Part shown: positions 63,810-64,000 of the stretch, one piece after another
Numbering within the stretch: position 1 is the first letter of the stretch
Layout: each line of letters starts with the position of its first letter
NCBI RefSeq assembly: GCF_001447785.1
Contig: NW_015168053.1
Coordinates: 547,308 to 611,307, forward strand
Direction: 5' to 3'
Origin: Gekko japonicus
Taxonomy: Eukaryota
Length of the DNA stretch: 64,000 nt
Notes under the pieces: generated by a model
Told to the model about the DNA's origin: nothing
Seen by the model: only the letters and a program-made list of their open reading frames with translations
The model's database searches: none
Translations under genes and position numbers: made by a program

Positions 63810-64000
63810 CAGTGGTCTTAATATTGCCCATACCGGGAGATGTGTGTGTGTGTGTCCCTGTATCATCCCCTCAGCAGCCTAGGTTCGGCTGAGAGTTTGG
63901 GTCAAGATCACCCAATCAGTTTGGTGGTGGGGCCATTTGGCTTCCAGTCTTCCAGCACTGTAGGTGCCACATCACAGTGACTCTCAGTGGTGTTCTAGGG

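Overview
Vertebrate genomic DNA from a squamate reptile, probably a gecko (inferred from Sauria SINEs, Squam-type tRNA SINEs, 5S-derived SINEs, CR1, Penelope-like tails and many hAT MITEs). It is syntenic with the human 19q13.42 edge of the leukocyte receptor complex. Gene order: an OSCAR-position LRC-type Ig receptor gene (minus strand, three Ig exons plus micro-exons, 3' end not identified and probably beyond the left edge), NDUFA3 (+, 86 aa), TFPT (-, 245 aa), PRPF31 (+, 13 coding exons, 499 aa) and the first 12 coding exons of CNOT3 (+, runs off the right edge). Exon boundaries were read by hand from GT-AG sites and phase. Most of the supplied ORFs are intronic or repeat noise. Best leads: a one-codon loss in the highly conserved CNOT3 MERFKVVE helix; inverted MITE pairs flanking a frame-closed CNOT3 exon 6-10 block (circRNA architecture); a duplicated CNOT3 splice donor; a CNOT3 uORF; an atypical 3-Ig OSCAR-locus receptor with a 1-nt frameshifted leader exon and two solo LTRs in its promoter; tandem 70-bp palindromes beside a CNOT3 exon. 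There are two N gaps (5727-6186, 20103-20163). No CRISPR, rRNA or true tRNA gene was found.
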